Positions 13,195 to 26,931 of a DNA stretch of 64,000 bases are shown piece by piece. Each line of letters starts with the position of its first letter. Position 1 is the stretch's first letter. Origin of the DNA: the human T2T-CHM13v2.0 reference genome, Homo sapiens; NCBI RefSeq assembly GCF_009914755.1, contig NC_060935.1. One strand, written 5' to 3'. A program made the position numbers and the translations under genes. The notes under the pieces are model-generated. The model was not told where the DNA came from. It worked only from the letters and a program-made list of their open reading frames with translations, and did not search any database.

Positions 13195-14260
13195 CTGTAT
13201 TGTGAATATACATTGTGATTTTTTAAAAAACTGTAAAATCTTGAAATAGTCACAAACTTCCAGAAAAGTTAGAACAGTACGACGAACAATTTTTAGTGAA
13301 TCATTTAAGAGAAATTTGCCAACCATGCTTCATCAACCCCAAATGCTTAAGGGTATATTTCATTTAAACAACAACCTTTTCCTACATAGTCCAGTATAAT
13401 CAAGAGAATCGAATAACTAATGCAAGCGGATTACTCCTATGTAATCCCGAGGCACCATGCACTGTTGGCTGATTGTCACCACTGCAGTCTTTTGGAGCAA
13501 AAGGTTCCCATTCTAAAACACTGATTGTGTATAGTTGTCATCTACCATTAGTCTCCCTCGGTCTTTCAGGTCTGTGACAATTTTGAATATGACAGGTCAG
13601 GTATTCTGTAGAATGTTCCCCAATTTGGGATTGCTGGTATCTCTTCGCGATTGGATTGAGCCAAGGCTTTTCTGAGAGGACCATCGCAGAAGTCATGCTG
13701 CCTTCCTCTCCTGTATTCCATTGCGTGGTACATCATTTCAACGTATCCCGTTATTGATGAAGTTCACTCTTTGTTTAAGGTGGTGCCTCCCAGCCTTCTC
13801 CTTTGAAAAGTTATTCCTTTACCCTTTGTAATTAATAAGTATTTTGCGGAGGTTTACTTTCAAAATATGTAAATATCCCATTCAACATCAAATTTCAAAG
13901 TATTCATTCATTTATTTATATCTCTAAGACTCATGGCTCTCTATTTTATTGAGTGGATATGATCTGTTCTTTAAAGATTACATTGTCCCAATGGAAGGAT
14001 ATTCACGCTGGCTTCTGTCTCCTTTGACATGTTCCCATCAGTCTTTAAGTGCTTCCTTACTTTCTCGCACAACAACTTATTTTGGAGTTTCTGCCCTAGC
14101 CCTGGAATTAGTCATCTCCTCATGGATTCCTAGTTCTTTTTAGTGGAAAATGCTATTTAGAACCCAATACCTGGGGGATAGATGTGCCAATTGCTAATGG
14201 GGTGTCCCTGCTCCCAGGCTCCCTCAGTGTACAGAGCCAAGCAATAGACGTAGATACATA
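13195..14260 (-). mobile_element. Old L1 (L1MC-like) 3' fragment, interrupted by the Tigger element; boundaries approximate
   Basis: Degenerate L1M 3'-end-like text (tgaaatagtcacaaacttccagaaaagtt..., attctgtagaatgttcccc, ccctagccctggaattagtcat) that resumes after 15390. Confidence 0.55.
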
Positions 14261-14323
14261 CATACACATATATTATGTATGTATGTATGTGACTATATGC
14301 ACTCACGTACATACATACATATA

Positions 14324-15388
14324 CAGTCATGCCTTGCTTAATAACGGGGATACATTCTGGAAAATGTGTCCTTAGGTGATTTTACGGTTGTGAATATCAT
14401 AGAGTGTACTTCACACACCTAGATGGAACAGCCTATGACACACCTAGGCTACATGGTACAGCCTATTGCTCCGAGGCTACAAACATGCACGGCATGTTAC
14501 TCTACTGAATACTGTAGGTGACTGTAATACAATGGGAAGTATTTGTGTATCTAAACATGGAAAAGGTACAGTAAAAATAGGATAAAAGTTAAAAAATGGT
14601 ACACCTGTATAGGGCACTTACCATGAATGGAGCTTGCAGGACTGCAAATTAATCTAGGTGAGTCAGTGAGTGAGTGGTGAGTGAATGTGAAGGCCTAGGA
14701 CATAACTGCACACCACTGCAGACTCTGTCAACATTGTACACTCAGGCTACGCTAAATCTACAAAACCTTTTCCTTTCTTCAATAATAAATTAACCTTAGC
14801 TTACCGTAATTCTTTATAAAGTTCTAAATTTTTTAACTCTTTTACTCTTTGGTAATAACATTTAACTTAAAACACAAACACATTGTACAGTATAAAAATA
14901 TCTTCATATCCTTATTCTATACACTGTTTTTATTTAAAAAAATATTTCGTTTTACTCCTTGAAATTTTTGTTAGAAATGAAGACATGAATTCATATTTAG
15001 CCTATAACCTGCCTGAGGCTGTTTTACAGTTAACTTTCTAAACATGTAAGTAGGCATTATCTACGTATATCTAAAATCTATCATTCTAAAATAATGATAA
15101 AAATCTATCATTTTAAAGTAATGATACATAAACAGTAACATAGTTGTTTACTATCATTATCAAGAATTACGTACTCTACACCTGCTAGACTTTCATAGAC
15201 CGTCAGGGAAGTAGGTTTGTTCACATCAGCGTCACCACAGACATGAAGATTGCATTGCACTTCCACAGGGCATGAGCACCGATGTCACTGGGTGATGGGA
15301 ATTCTTCACCTCCTTTATAGCCTTGTGGCACCACCATTGCATATGGGGTCTTTCACGGACCTAAACATCTTTATGCAGTGCATGACTG
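14324..15388. mobile_element. Tigger3/Golem-type (MER7-like) TcMar DNA transposon, non-autonomous
   Basis: Terminal inverted repeats CAGTCATGC...GCATGACTG, TA target duplications at 14322-14323 and 15389-15390, and internal text typical of Tigger3b. Confidence 0.88.
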
Positions 15389-16221
15389 TATATGCTTATA
15401 CATTTATATCTATATTTATTTCTGCTATCTATATGACTATGCATATACATCTATTTCTGTATTTATTTCTACTACCTATCTATATTGAAACCCTGAGTTC
15501 ACTCAGAAGCATTCATTTCTAATCCAACACTGGATGTTGATTCCCCTTTTGTGTCTGTAATTCCTTTATTTGACAGTGAAAAGAATGGTTTCCATTAGAC
15601 ATCCTATAAGCCCTTCCTTGTCAATCCTTCTGCATGCACCCGGTCTTCCATCTCTGCTGCACCCCTCACCTCCATGCAACGTGTTCATCTCCCTGCATTG
15701 GCCCTAAACTCCCATCCAGGCCACCCCACTGCATGGGCACCCTCCTCACCCCACCCCAGGCAGTGCCTCTGTGTGGATGTTGTTCTCACCCTGTTCAAGC
15801 TCTGATGCCCCAACCCAGGCAACGCCTCCACAGGCAAACCCTCCTCAACCAGCTGTAGCCCTGACAGCCAGGACAGGCTGCACGCCCTGCGTCCCATGCT
15901 CTCTTTACTCCACTTGGGCACTAACACTTCCCATCAGGACGCGCCACACGGAAGCCCTTCTCACCCCGTTCAGGCTCTGATATCACTACCCCCTGACACC
16001 TGCCTTGCTCTGCTGCACCCATGGCTCCTGGAGTCAAGACTTCAGTGGGAGGGGGAGGAAGAGGGAAGGAAGGGGAAGGAAGAAGGGAAGATGCGTGCTT
16101 ACACATTTACAACAGCACATATCTCATTGGGTGTGTGTATGTGTTGCCCATGCATGGCAAAAAGGGACCACAAGATCCATTAAACTGTAGTTTTGCCTGC
16201 TTCCATATTCTCTCTCTCTCA

Positions 16222-16224
<3 letters not shown>

Positions 16225-16262
<38 letters not shown>
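16225..16262 (+). repeat. (AC)n microsatellite
   Basis: About 19 perfect AC units, preceded by a short (TC)n run. Confidence 0.95.
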
Positions 16263-16266
<4 letters not shown>

Positions 16267-17564
16267 GTGCCTTTTGAGATGCAGAATCTGGCAAGCAGTT
16301 AGAGAAAGGAGAGAAAGAGATGAAGGAGTAGTTAACCAGAGAGGCTAACAAGATAATAATAAGGAACGAGGCACAGACAAGTGGAGAAAATGAAATGTTA
16401 AAATCTTGTTTTAGGTGTGCAGGGGAGAAATTGGAAGTGTGGCTGGTAAGGATGAAAAAGCAATGTTCTGGGTTATAACGTTAATGTTTTTGATAGAGGC
16501 TGGGGTGAAGAATGCATGGCTTTTTAATTATTTTTGGTTGTTGTGTTCTGTCAAGAGAGAGTAATACAAGACCCCAGGATCTATTTGTATCTGAAGTCTG
16601 TGTCCTCCATTAGACAATAAGGGAATGAAGGGCAGAAACTTTGTCTAACTCTTTCTTTATAAGCCAGTGCCTGGCTTCTAGAAAGATCCAGAACATGTCT
16701 ATTTGTCAAACTACACCTACTGGACAAAACGTGTCCAAACCCAATACAGCTGCCCAGAAATTCTGAGGGAAGCATGAGCTGTCCGTTCTGCTCAGTTACT
16801 GTTAATTCCGGAAATACACAGAGAAAATAAAAATCACGGAAGATGCAGTTAAAGTATGGAGCTAGACCACTGTTAAAACTTGCCAGCAATTTTTACCAAT
16901 CCAATCTTTGGTGTTAATTGGTTTCCCCAGAAGATGCAATATCTCTTTCCCCACTGATGATTATATTGCCCAGAGCCGCTGGCTTTCAGAAATGTTTAAT
17001 CAAGCATTGCATATATTCAAGCAATACTTTCCAGACACCTCAGCTTTTCTTGACAGCGTTACCTTCCTTCGCTCTTTCTTTGTCTCTTTTAGGAACATCA
17101 AATCATCCAGTGATTTTCTGCATAACTCAAAGTTTTGTCATTTAGAAAAAAAATCATAACAGAACAGATAACCATTAGGAAACCAATTTGCATCAGACAT
17201 CCATTTGAGAAGTTTAAAATGTGGGGAATGCAAACTCTACCCATAGGGACTTAGTCTGTAGGGAAGAAATATGAACTTGCCACTAATTTCTGAAAAGCAA
17301 AATTAATTCAGTTATAGCTAGATCTGCCTTCATAAGGATATTTCTGATGCTTCTCAGCCTGTTCCTTTTATACTGAATATTTACAAACTTCAGTGATCAC
17401 CTGATCAGAATCCAAGACACAAAACTCAAATGAATCCAATTTTTCAAGTGGCTTCAACCCAGCAACCAAATCATAGGGCTGCCATTTGTGCTCAAAGCCA
17501 ACACTCCAAGGTTTTGTGTAGATGAGAATGAAGAGGGAGAAGGCGAGAAAAGAAGCCATTTCCT

Positions 17565-17883
17565 GCCGGGGGCGGTGGCTCATGCCTGGAATTGCAGCAC
17601 TTTGGTAGGCTGAGGCGGGTGGATCACCTAAGGTCAGGAGTTCAAGACCAGCCTGGCCAACATGGTGAAACCCTGTCTCTACTAAAAATACAAAAATTAG
17701 CTAAGCGTGGTGGTGCATGCCTGTAATCCCAGCTATTCAGGAGATTCAGGAGGCAAAGGCAGGAGGATCGCTTGAATCCGGGAGGTGGAGGTTGCAGTGA
17801 GCCGAGATGGCACCATTGTATGCCAGCCTGGGCGACAGAGTGGACTTGGTCTCAAAAAAAAATAAAATAAAATAAAAAATAAA
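17565..17883 (+). mobile_element. Full-length AluS element
   Basis: Left and right arms with the aaaaatacaaaaatt linker and an (AAAAT)n tail. It has an internal 9-bp tandem duplication (attcaggag x2) near 17735-17752. Confidence 0.93.
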
Positions 17884-20679
17884 GGTGTTTCCATCCCCAC
17901 AAAGAGCTATGTCACCAAAGACACAGGCACCCCCTATGACGTCCTGCTCATTTAGGAAACCCATATTCCTAGAAGATCAAAGCCCATTACCTCTGGGGAA
18001 GTTTGTTTAATTCCGGGAGGGATATTATGGGCATTTGTGGAGTTTCCAGAAAACTCAAAAGAGCCATAAAAATCGTATTTACATACAACATTCATCTAGG
18101 TTAAATTTCTTTGCAAGAAGTGTCTAATTCTCAAGAGATCAGCTATTCAGCTTGCTGGGAGCTAATTACAAATGGTCCCTTAGCTTTGCTCAGTCAACTG
18201 GCCAAAAGGCAACGGAGAGGAAATTGGAGTTAAGACAACTGCAGTTGGTCCCTGGAGGGAGCCTATTCTACTGCCAGCATTCTGGCTAATCAGAATGGAT
18301 ACAGATGGACAAGTATCCTTTATGCATGAGGGCCTGCTGGTTTTCCTGGGCGAGAATATGACAGAAAGTCGGGGGGCTGATGCTGGGTTTCCAGGAAATC
18401 AGCTTAATGATATTAATGGAAAAATATAGTTTAGCAAGAGACATAGCAAATCTAGGTGAAAACCGTCTCTCACTAAACCCTGAACCATTCTGATCTCTGA
18501 GAAAACAGAAAGATTGGCCTAACCATGGAATTTCCTGGTCTTGGTGGATTTATAACTGAAGCCTCAGCAGATGACCCGAGCCATAACTGCTGGCTGCACA
18601 GCAAATTCAATTATCCCAAATTCCAACACACCTCCCCTCTTCCTGCCCCTCACCCCTTTCTTATCATAATCTTTTCTGGGCCATCAACCCCCACTGGGTT
18701 GGCTGAGCCCAAGTTTAATTTCTCTGCAAGCTCTGAACTAAGAATCGATGCTGAAGACTTCTCATCGAGGAAGAAAGCCACATTCTTCATGGAGAGCAGT
18801 GACATAATTTCAGACCCAGCCTGGCCTAACCAGTACAAAGAGTTAGTAAATCAGTCCTGTCCCCTTTTTTCTAGCCATCTCCAAGGACAAAGAAAACAGC
18901 ATTAGGATACACAAAGTAATTTTTCTAACAGCATGGAGGCCCTTACTGTTAATGAAGGGAAACTTTTGAAACAGTTTTATCTGCTGAGGTTTTAATCACC
19001 ATAATGCATACCACATACCTATCATTGGTCTCCCCGCTCTCAACCTGGCCACATATGGTCAGAGAACATCCCTTCATTATTTAGAGTGGCTTCATAGAAG
19101 ATGGCTCCTTTGAGTTGATAGGCATTCATGCAGGCTTCCTGGAATACTGGGAATTTACTGTCAAACAGCCATGGCAATGAGGGAGACAGGAACCTCAGGA
19201 GAACAGGAACTCTTGGAGGGACAGCCTCCTGGCGCTGGAACAAAAAAGTTACCAGTGTCCAAAGTGGCAGGTGTTCCTGGGTTCCCATGACTAAGGTCCC
19301 TTCTCACAGCTTGCCACTGGTGGTTCATCTCACTATCATCTTGCCTCAATCTCTCCGTATTTCCCAGTTAAAATGTTTGAGCGGGAAGATCTGGTTTGCC
19401 TAGAGAGTTACTGCCAGTGAGGTACCCTAATGGGCCAGCCTAGGCCACCCCTATGGCCAAAATCAGGACAGCACCGAGTGAGAGGCCACCTAGGACAGCA
19501 TCTCCCCAGAGTGGCCCCACTGTCCAGGACTTACAGGTATCCATGCTTCACCCAGAAATCTTATGTTATGGAAAGTCAGCCAATGTCATCTTAGAGAAGG
19601 ATGCTACATCGCCACTGGGCCTAGGCTGAAAGGCGGCCTTTAGGAACTAACACCAAGTACTATCGATTTTCATTTAACCCTCGTAACAGCCCAATGAGGT
19701 GGGTATTGCCCATCCCAGTTCATAGTTGAGGATTCCGAGGTTCTGAAAGGACACTAGCAGGTGGACTTGGAACCTGGCCTGCCGGCTCCACCCCTGAGAT
19801 GTTTGGCACTAGCAGCACCTTCTGACTCTTGGCCTTTTCTGCCTGCTCCACGGGAGACAGACGACCCCGGCAGAGAGCTGCCTCCACCACAGAGCTGAAG
19901 CACAAAGCCCTTCACAGTTTCCAAGGCCTTTCTTTCCTGTAACATTCGTCACTGCCCATCGTACCCACTGGCTTAATGTCTGTCTCTCTCCACTGGAAGG
20001 AGGCTCCACGAGGGCACCGCTCTGGTTTTCTTCCCTGGTGATCCCAGCACCTAGAAGGACGCCCGCCCGCTGCCTGTGCTCAGATACATTCTCAAATGAA
20101 CAGCTCTCCTGTGACAAGGACACGTTCGGTCCCCACTTTACAAGTAAGGGACACGGCCTCTCAGCAACTCCGGGACTGGAGGGCTAGGGCAGTCTGGGAT
20201 GCCTCATCCTGCAATGGAGTCCGCCTATGACAACGTAGAAGCTCTCTGGGAGGAAAAGGGAAGCGGTTTGGGAGTTTCTAGAAGTCTACCTCTGCAGCAA
20301 CATTTGGCCAACCAAAGAAAGGTTTTCGATTTGTTTTATTTTGAGAAAGGTTCCTGGAAGACCCCCCCACCCCACCCAGGGTGGAGACGTCCACCTGGCA
20401 GCGCCTCGGCCCAGCTCCGGCCTGACCACCCAGGTTCATCTCCCCCTGCCCGCCGCCTCCCACCCCCCGCCAGGCCCCTCCTCCAGCCGTCTGTGAATCC
20501 AGCCCATTTAAAATTCCCTTTGAAAAGATCTCTGTTTGGGTGAGTTCCGTGGGCTCTGCCCAGAGAGGGCAGATTATCTGAAAATAGGTGTTATTGATTA
20601 CAACCAAGTGGTCTTTGTGGAAAGGGGTCCACTTGAACCAAAATAAATATTTGCCATTACAAAGAACAAGCCGGTCCCT

Positions 20680-21520
20680 GTTGCGGGCGGGGGCGTCCTC
20701 GGCCCTCTCTGGCCCCCTCGGCCCAGGAGCTACGCGAGCTCGGATTGTGTTTCCCCGGCGAGGACAGGGACGCGCGCGGGCGGGGAGCAGGGGCCCGGTG
20801 GCTCCGACGCCGGAGGCTTGCGGCCCAGGGCCGGCTGCAGGCTTGAAGCCTGCTCGGAGCTTGGGATTGTATTTTCTTTGGCTTTCTGGCGCGCTCCTTA
20901 TTATTTATTTCTTTTCCCTCTGTTTTATTTTTATTTTCAAGCTGCCGGCCAGGCTGGATGCCGTCCATTCACCCCGCTGCCTTGGAGCGCTGCGCGCAGA
21001 CAGCCGGAGCCGGCTCGGGCTCAGCCCTGGGGGTGGGGGGCAGCCGAGGGCGCGGGGGGCGGGGTACGCGGGTAGCAGCTCAAGGGTGAGGGGCAGCCGA
21101 GAGCGCGCGGGGCGGGGTACTCCGGGAGCAGCTCCGGGTGGGGGGCAGCCTTGGGCACAGGGAGGTGGGGGGAACTCAGGGGGCAGCTCCGGGTGGGGGG
21201 TGGCCGAGGGCGCTGGGGGCCGGGGGATACAGGGGACAGCTCGGGAGCAGCCGGGTGGGGGTGGCCGAGGGCGCGGGGAGCAGCTTGGGGGTTGGGGGCA
21301 GCCTTGGGCGAGGGAATGTTGGGGGACGCAGGGGGCAGCTCGGGTGGGGGTGGCCGAGGGTGCTGGGAGCCACAGGGGGCCGAGGGCTGGGGAGAACAGG
21401 GGCACCGCGGGGTTGGAGGGAGGACGCCAGGCTGTGTGCCTGCCTGGCTGGGGCGACAGGAATCCATCTTGGCAGTGGGTGCCTCCGCGGTCCAGGGATC
21501 TCGTGACCCGGCAGTAACAA
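20680..21520. promoter_or_regulatory. Orphan intergenic CpG island
   Basis: Very high GC with dense unmutated CpG (e.g. gacgcgcgcggggcgggg, gcgctgcgcgcag) and several GC boxes. No coding exon is recognisable. Confidence 0.8.
21025..21400 (+). repeat. Degenerate G-rich minisatellite (units of roughly 40-55 bp anchored on GCAGCTC...GGGTGGGGG..GCCGAGGG)
   Basis: About seven imperfect copies with long G-runs on the + strand. Confidence 0.75.
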
Positions 21521-22873
21521 TTTGGTTTTCCTGAAAAGATGATGGTAATTCGGTGTAAGACCTGGGGGTAGGAGGCAGCTGAAACTTGGACCCCCACTGG
21601 AGTCCCCTTCTTCCATTCTTTTCTCCCTGCTTTGTGCCCAGGGGGAGCACAGACCTTCCCCTCGAGGGTGCTCGTGGGCGGCATCCCGCGGGAGCCGGAG
21701 CCTCTGAGAGGTCTCCTCCTGCCCCTGGAGATCCCACCCTCACCTCTCTGGAGCCACTGGTGGATGGCGGAGTGGCGGGGTGGGGGATCTATGGAGAGAG
21801 TGGGATCCCCTTCTCTGTTAGTGTGGAGACTAGAGGCTTTGGGGAGCCACCGTGCCCCCGCCCCCAGCCAGAGTGGATTGTCCAGGGCCCGGTGTGGAGG
21901 GCTAGAGGCTGAGAAGGAGGGAGCAGGAAGGCCTAATTCCGGTGGCTCTAGAAGGCAGACAGGAAAAGCTGGGGTCAGAAAGAAGGGAGAGGGGGAAACA
22001 AAGAATGTGGAGTAAACCGTTCCTGCCAAGTGCGGATCACCGGAGAGCTGAGCAGCTGGGCTGATGGAGTGGGAGAGGGATGGACAAAGAACTACAGCTA
22101 CCAGGACCTTGTGTCATACACAGGACCCGGCTTCCCCCGCTGGGCTACAAATCACAAACTCCTTCCTAACCCCAGCTTCCTCTTACATGGCTGAAGAAGG
22201 CATTCCTGGTGTTTTTGGCTTTCTGGCGCGTTCCTTATTATTTATTTCTTTTCCCTCTTATTATTTATTTCTTTTCCCTCCGTTTTATTATTTCTCTCTC
22301 TGCCTCTGTCTCTGTTTGGCAACTATTTCCCTCCTCCCCAAATCCTGGCAAGATCTACCATCAGCCCAGTGTGCATGGGCAGCCTGCCCCAGGCCAGCCC
22401 CTTAGAGCCAGGATGACTTTCCAATGAGAAGGGACCCCAGGGCATGGAAGGACCCTGGCATGGAAGGAGGAGGAAGGACTCCTCTCCGTGGAGGCTTCAA
22501 CTTCCCCCTGGGAAGTCACTTCCGGTAGGAAAACCTGGCTGCCTTACCCCTGTTTCCTCCAAGCCACAGCTAATGCGGAATAGTTACCGACCTCCCATCC
22601 CAGCATGAGGTCCGCCTAAGCGTGGGAAGTGGAAAGTGTCCTGTAAAGGTGGAAACTTGTCAGCAGCCTCAGCAGGCAGAGCAGGGCCTAGGGTTGTGAG
22701 GAAGAGATGGCTCTGCAGAAGACGATTGCTCTTTGCAGCTAGGTTCTGGCAGTCCCTGCACCAACCTATGAACACATTGGGTGGCAACCAAAAGCAGATA
22801 ATTTTAGAGCTAAAAGTGACCTTTAGGGGCATGTAATCCACCGGTTCCACCACTTATCGTAAAACCAGAGTCC

Positions 22874-23056
22874 AGCTAGATGTGCTGGCTTACACCTGGA
22901 ATCCCAATGCTTTGAGAGGCTGAGGCAGGAGGATCACTTGTGGCAGGTGTTCAAGGCTGCAATGAATTATGATCATGCCACATTGCATGTCAGCCTGGGC
23001 TATGGAGCAAGAGGCCCACTCAAAGAAGCACCAAAAAACCAGAAAACAAAACAAAA
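22874..23056 (+). mobile_element. Old Alu monomer (FLAM-A/FRAM-like)
   Basis: ggcttacacctggaatcccaatgctttgagaggctgaggcaggaggatcacttg...gttcaaggctgcaatga...cagcctgggc with an A-rich tail. Confidence 0.8.
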
Positions 23057-23250
23057 TAACAGAGACCGATGTCCAGGTCTTTGGAAACCCCCAGGGCACC
23101 AGAAAATCCTGACTCCAGGGGTCAGCAGAGGGGCCCAGGGATTGTATCCACTGCTGGGCCCAACGGATATCCCCTGCTAGGCCCGAAAGATACCCTCAGT
23201 GGTGGCTGGTAAATGTTAGCAGCTGGCCCCTGAGGGGGGGCAAACATGGG

Positions 23251-23623
23251 TGATACAGTTTGGCTGTGTCCCCACCCAAATCTCATCTTGAATTGTAGTT
23301 CCCGTAATCCCCACATATCGTGGGAGGGACCTGGTAGGAGGTAATTGAATCATGGGGACGGTTACCCTCATGCTGTTCTATGATAGTGAGTGAGTTCTCA
23401 CGAGATCTGATGGTTTTACAAGGAGCTTTTCCCCCTTGGCTTGGCAGTTCTCCTTGTGCCACCCTGTGAAGAAGAATATGTTTGCTTCCCCTTCTGCCAT
23501 GATTGTAAGTTTCCTGAGGCCTCCCCAGCCATGCTGAACTGTGAGTCAACTAAACCTCTTTCCTTTATAAATTACTCCGTCTTGGGTATGTCTTTATTAG
23601 CATCATGAGAACAGACTAATACA
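23251..23623 (+). mobile_element. THE1-family MaLR solo LTR
   Basis: Begins tgatacagtttggctgtgtccccacccaaatctcatcttgaattgtagttccc and ends aaacctctttcctttataaattac...cagactaataca, with TG...CA termini. Confidence 0.9.
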
Positions 23624-25457
23624 GTAGGCCCTGAGTGATCACATTTGCCGATTCCCAAGACATAAGCTTTCCGCCACCACTGGTGTCAGGGTGCCAGCAT
23701 GACACTGAATCCAGAGCTAGGAAAAGATGCACCCATCAGCTCTTTACAGGAATGGTCCCACCCCCTAGGGGCCACAAAACTGAAGTGACAGCTCCTTGGG
23801 GACAGAGCCAGGAGAGGATTCTGGATCCAGGGGCCTTCCCCACCACACTGCACTGCTTCCTAGTTAGTCACTGCCCTCTTGCTTAGCAGAAATCATGACC
23901 AAGTAGCTCAGGGATGGCCCTGGTCAAAGGCAGGGCCAGAATGAAATCAGGAAGCTGAACAAGAAACAAAAGCACAGTCGGTCTTTCCTTCCTCTTCACT
24001 TTGCAACAGAGGCCTCAAGAGTGTGGGTGACCAGGTAGAAGGAGAGAGCCTTACTGCCCACGCTTGTGTTCTCCGAGGGGAAAGTGGAAAAGGCAAGAGA
24101 ATGATTCTGGGAAGTGGACATAGAGTATTGGCAAAACTCAGAGGCCACAGAGACAGCATTCTTGCCAGCTGGCCTGAGCCGATTCCACCCAGGGCCTTGG
24201 AGGTGCGGTGGCAGTGCTGTAATGGGCGTGGAGAAATGGGTGTGGAAAGCAGGGTCAACTTGAGAGAAATGGGGCAAAGAGAAGACTGTGCTTTACTTTT
24301 TTGTGTTTCATTCAGAGCCTACCATAAGAAAACCCCAGAAATTGAGTTCACATGAAAACTAGTTAAAAAACAAAAGCTAAGATCCTGCGGAGCTTGGAGG
24401 TTCGGAGGTGGCTGCTATTTGGAAACTCCCCTTGCATGGAGTCAGGTGGCTCATTGTTCAGGCTGCCGTCTGTTCTTCCTCACCTGCAGCTCCAGTTCGT
24501 GGAGTTGTAGGATGATAGGATTCATTTTAGAGATGAGAGAACCAGAGACCCAGAAAGGTAACATCTTCTTCCCAGATTGCACTGCTATTTACTGGAATTC
24601 AAATTTACCAGATCTAATCCAGGCCCAGAATTCCATCTAGCTCCACTACAATGTCCTCACAATTACCTTTTGTCAAAAATTATGATAAAAGAAATGTATT
24701 GTCATGATAGAAAATCTGTAAAATTCAGAATATTAGAAATATTAGAAGTATTAGAAACCCCGGGTCTAGTGGAAGTGATTCACAGCATGATCCGGTCAGC
24801 TTCGGGTGGGAGCATAGTGGTCATACTGGTCATCTGAGTTGTGGGTTTCTCATTTGTCCTAGCAGAGGATATCTGTTGGGCCTAGCAGTGGATACAGTCA
24901 CCTGAGAGCACGTGTTATGAAAACAGAATCCCCGGGCCCCTCTGCCGACCTCTGGAGTCAGGATTTTCTGGTGCCCTGGGGGTTTTCAAAGACCTGGACA
25001 TCAGTCTCTGTTATTTGATGACTAGTATGCTCCCACCCAAAGCTGATCAGATCATGCTGTGAGTCACTTCCACTAGACCCGGGGTTCTCAGGGGTCAGCA
25101 TTCTCAGAGTCACCAGGAGAGCTTAGGAAAATTCCTGTGACAATCCCAATGCCCAGATTGTCCCCCTACAGCCAATAAGGCAGACTCAAAGGGTTGAGGA
25201 ATGGCAAGCAGCAGTAGTTTCTGAGGCTCTCGGATGATGCCAATGTGTGTCCGAGATTGAAGGCCACTGGCCTAGAATATTCTCCACCCAAGTCTGCATG
25301 ACTAGGTCCTTCTTCCTATGGCTTGGCCCTCGGTGGCTCCTCCTCAGGGAGGCCTCCCCTCACCACTTGGTCTGAGGAAACACCCTCCCTGTGAGTTGTT
25401 CTCCACGTCATCACCCTTGTGTATTTTCTTGTATCGCTATTTGAATTTTATTTTATC

Positions 25458-25890
<433 letters not shown>

Positions 25891-26595
25891 TGTTTGAAAT
25901 TATTTTAAATGTATGCATGCATTGCTTATTTTCTGTCTCCCTCCTCTAGGAAGTCAGTCCATGAAGGTGGGCCCTGGACTGTCTTTGTTGTTCTATCCCA
26001 GGGGCCTCAGCAGGCCCCAGTGCCACAGGCTCTCAAAACACATTTGATGAGTGAATGATAGAGTGAGTGAATAAGTGAAAGAATGCATTTATGTTTACTT
26101 CTGAGTCTTTTTGGGTACACGTATATGCACATATATATGCAACAAAATTCTACATTTTAAAAAACATTTCACACTTAAAACCTTTTTTAGCTAAAAAAAT
26201 GTTTATAATTTCTGGTACACACTTCTTTCATTTGATGTTTTGAGGACATTGTCTAAAATCATTCCTTATTTTTAAGATGTGGTGTATGGAGTGTTGTGCT
26301 CTCACATCCTGAACCTTGGACACATTTCCTCTTCCTGGACTCCCCTCCACCCATCATTTGACTAACTCTTCCTTTTGCTTCACATTTCACTTCCATGTCT
26401 TTTTCTCAGAGAAGCTCTCTCTCCTCGGTGCCTCACACTAGGTAAGGATGCCTTGTGCCAATTCTCCCCTCTGACATTGGTGTGCCCTGTCAGCTGCCCC
26501 AAGAATATGAGCTCCATGGAGCTCCTAGTGTATTTTATTTTCTAAATGTGTCTGTAGGACATTGTTCAGTGCCCAAATATTTGTTTAAAATAGCA

Positions 26596-26931
<336 letters not shown>

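Noticed and set aside
20588-22029. Long ORFs of 309, 374 and 240 aa on both strands
   Set aside because: They overlap the CpG island and G-rich minisatellite, are low-complexity Gly/Pro/Ala/Arg, and several frames are open at once. This is explained by stop-codon scarcity in GC-rich DNA.
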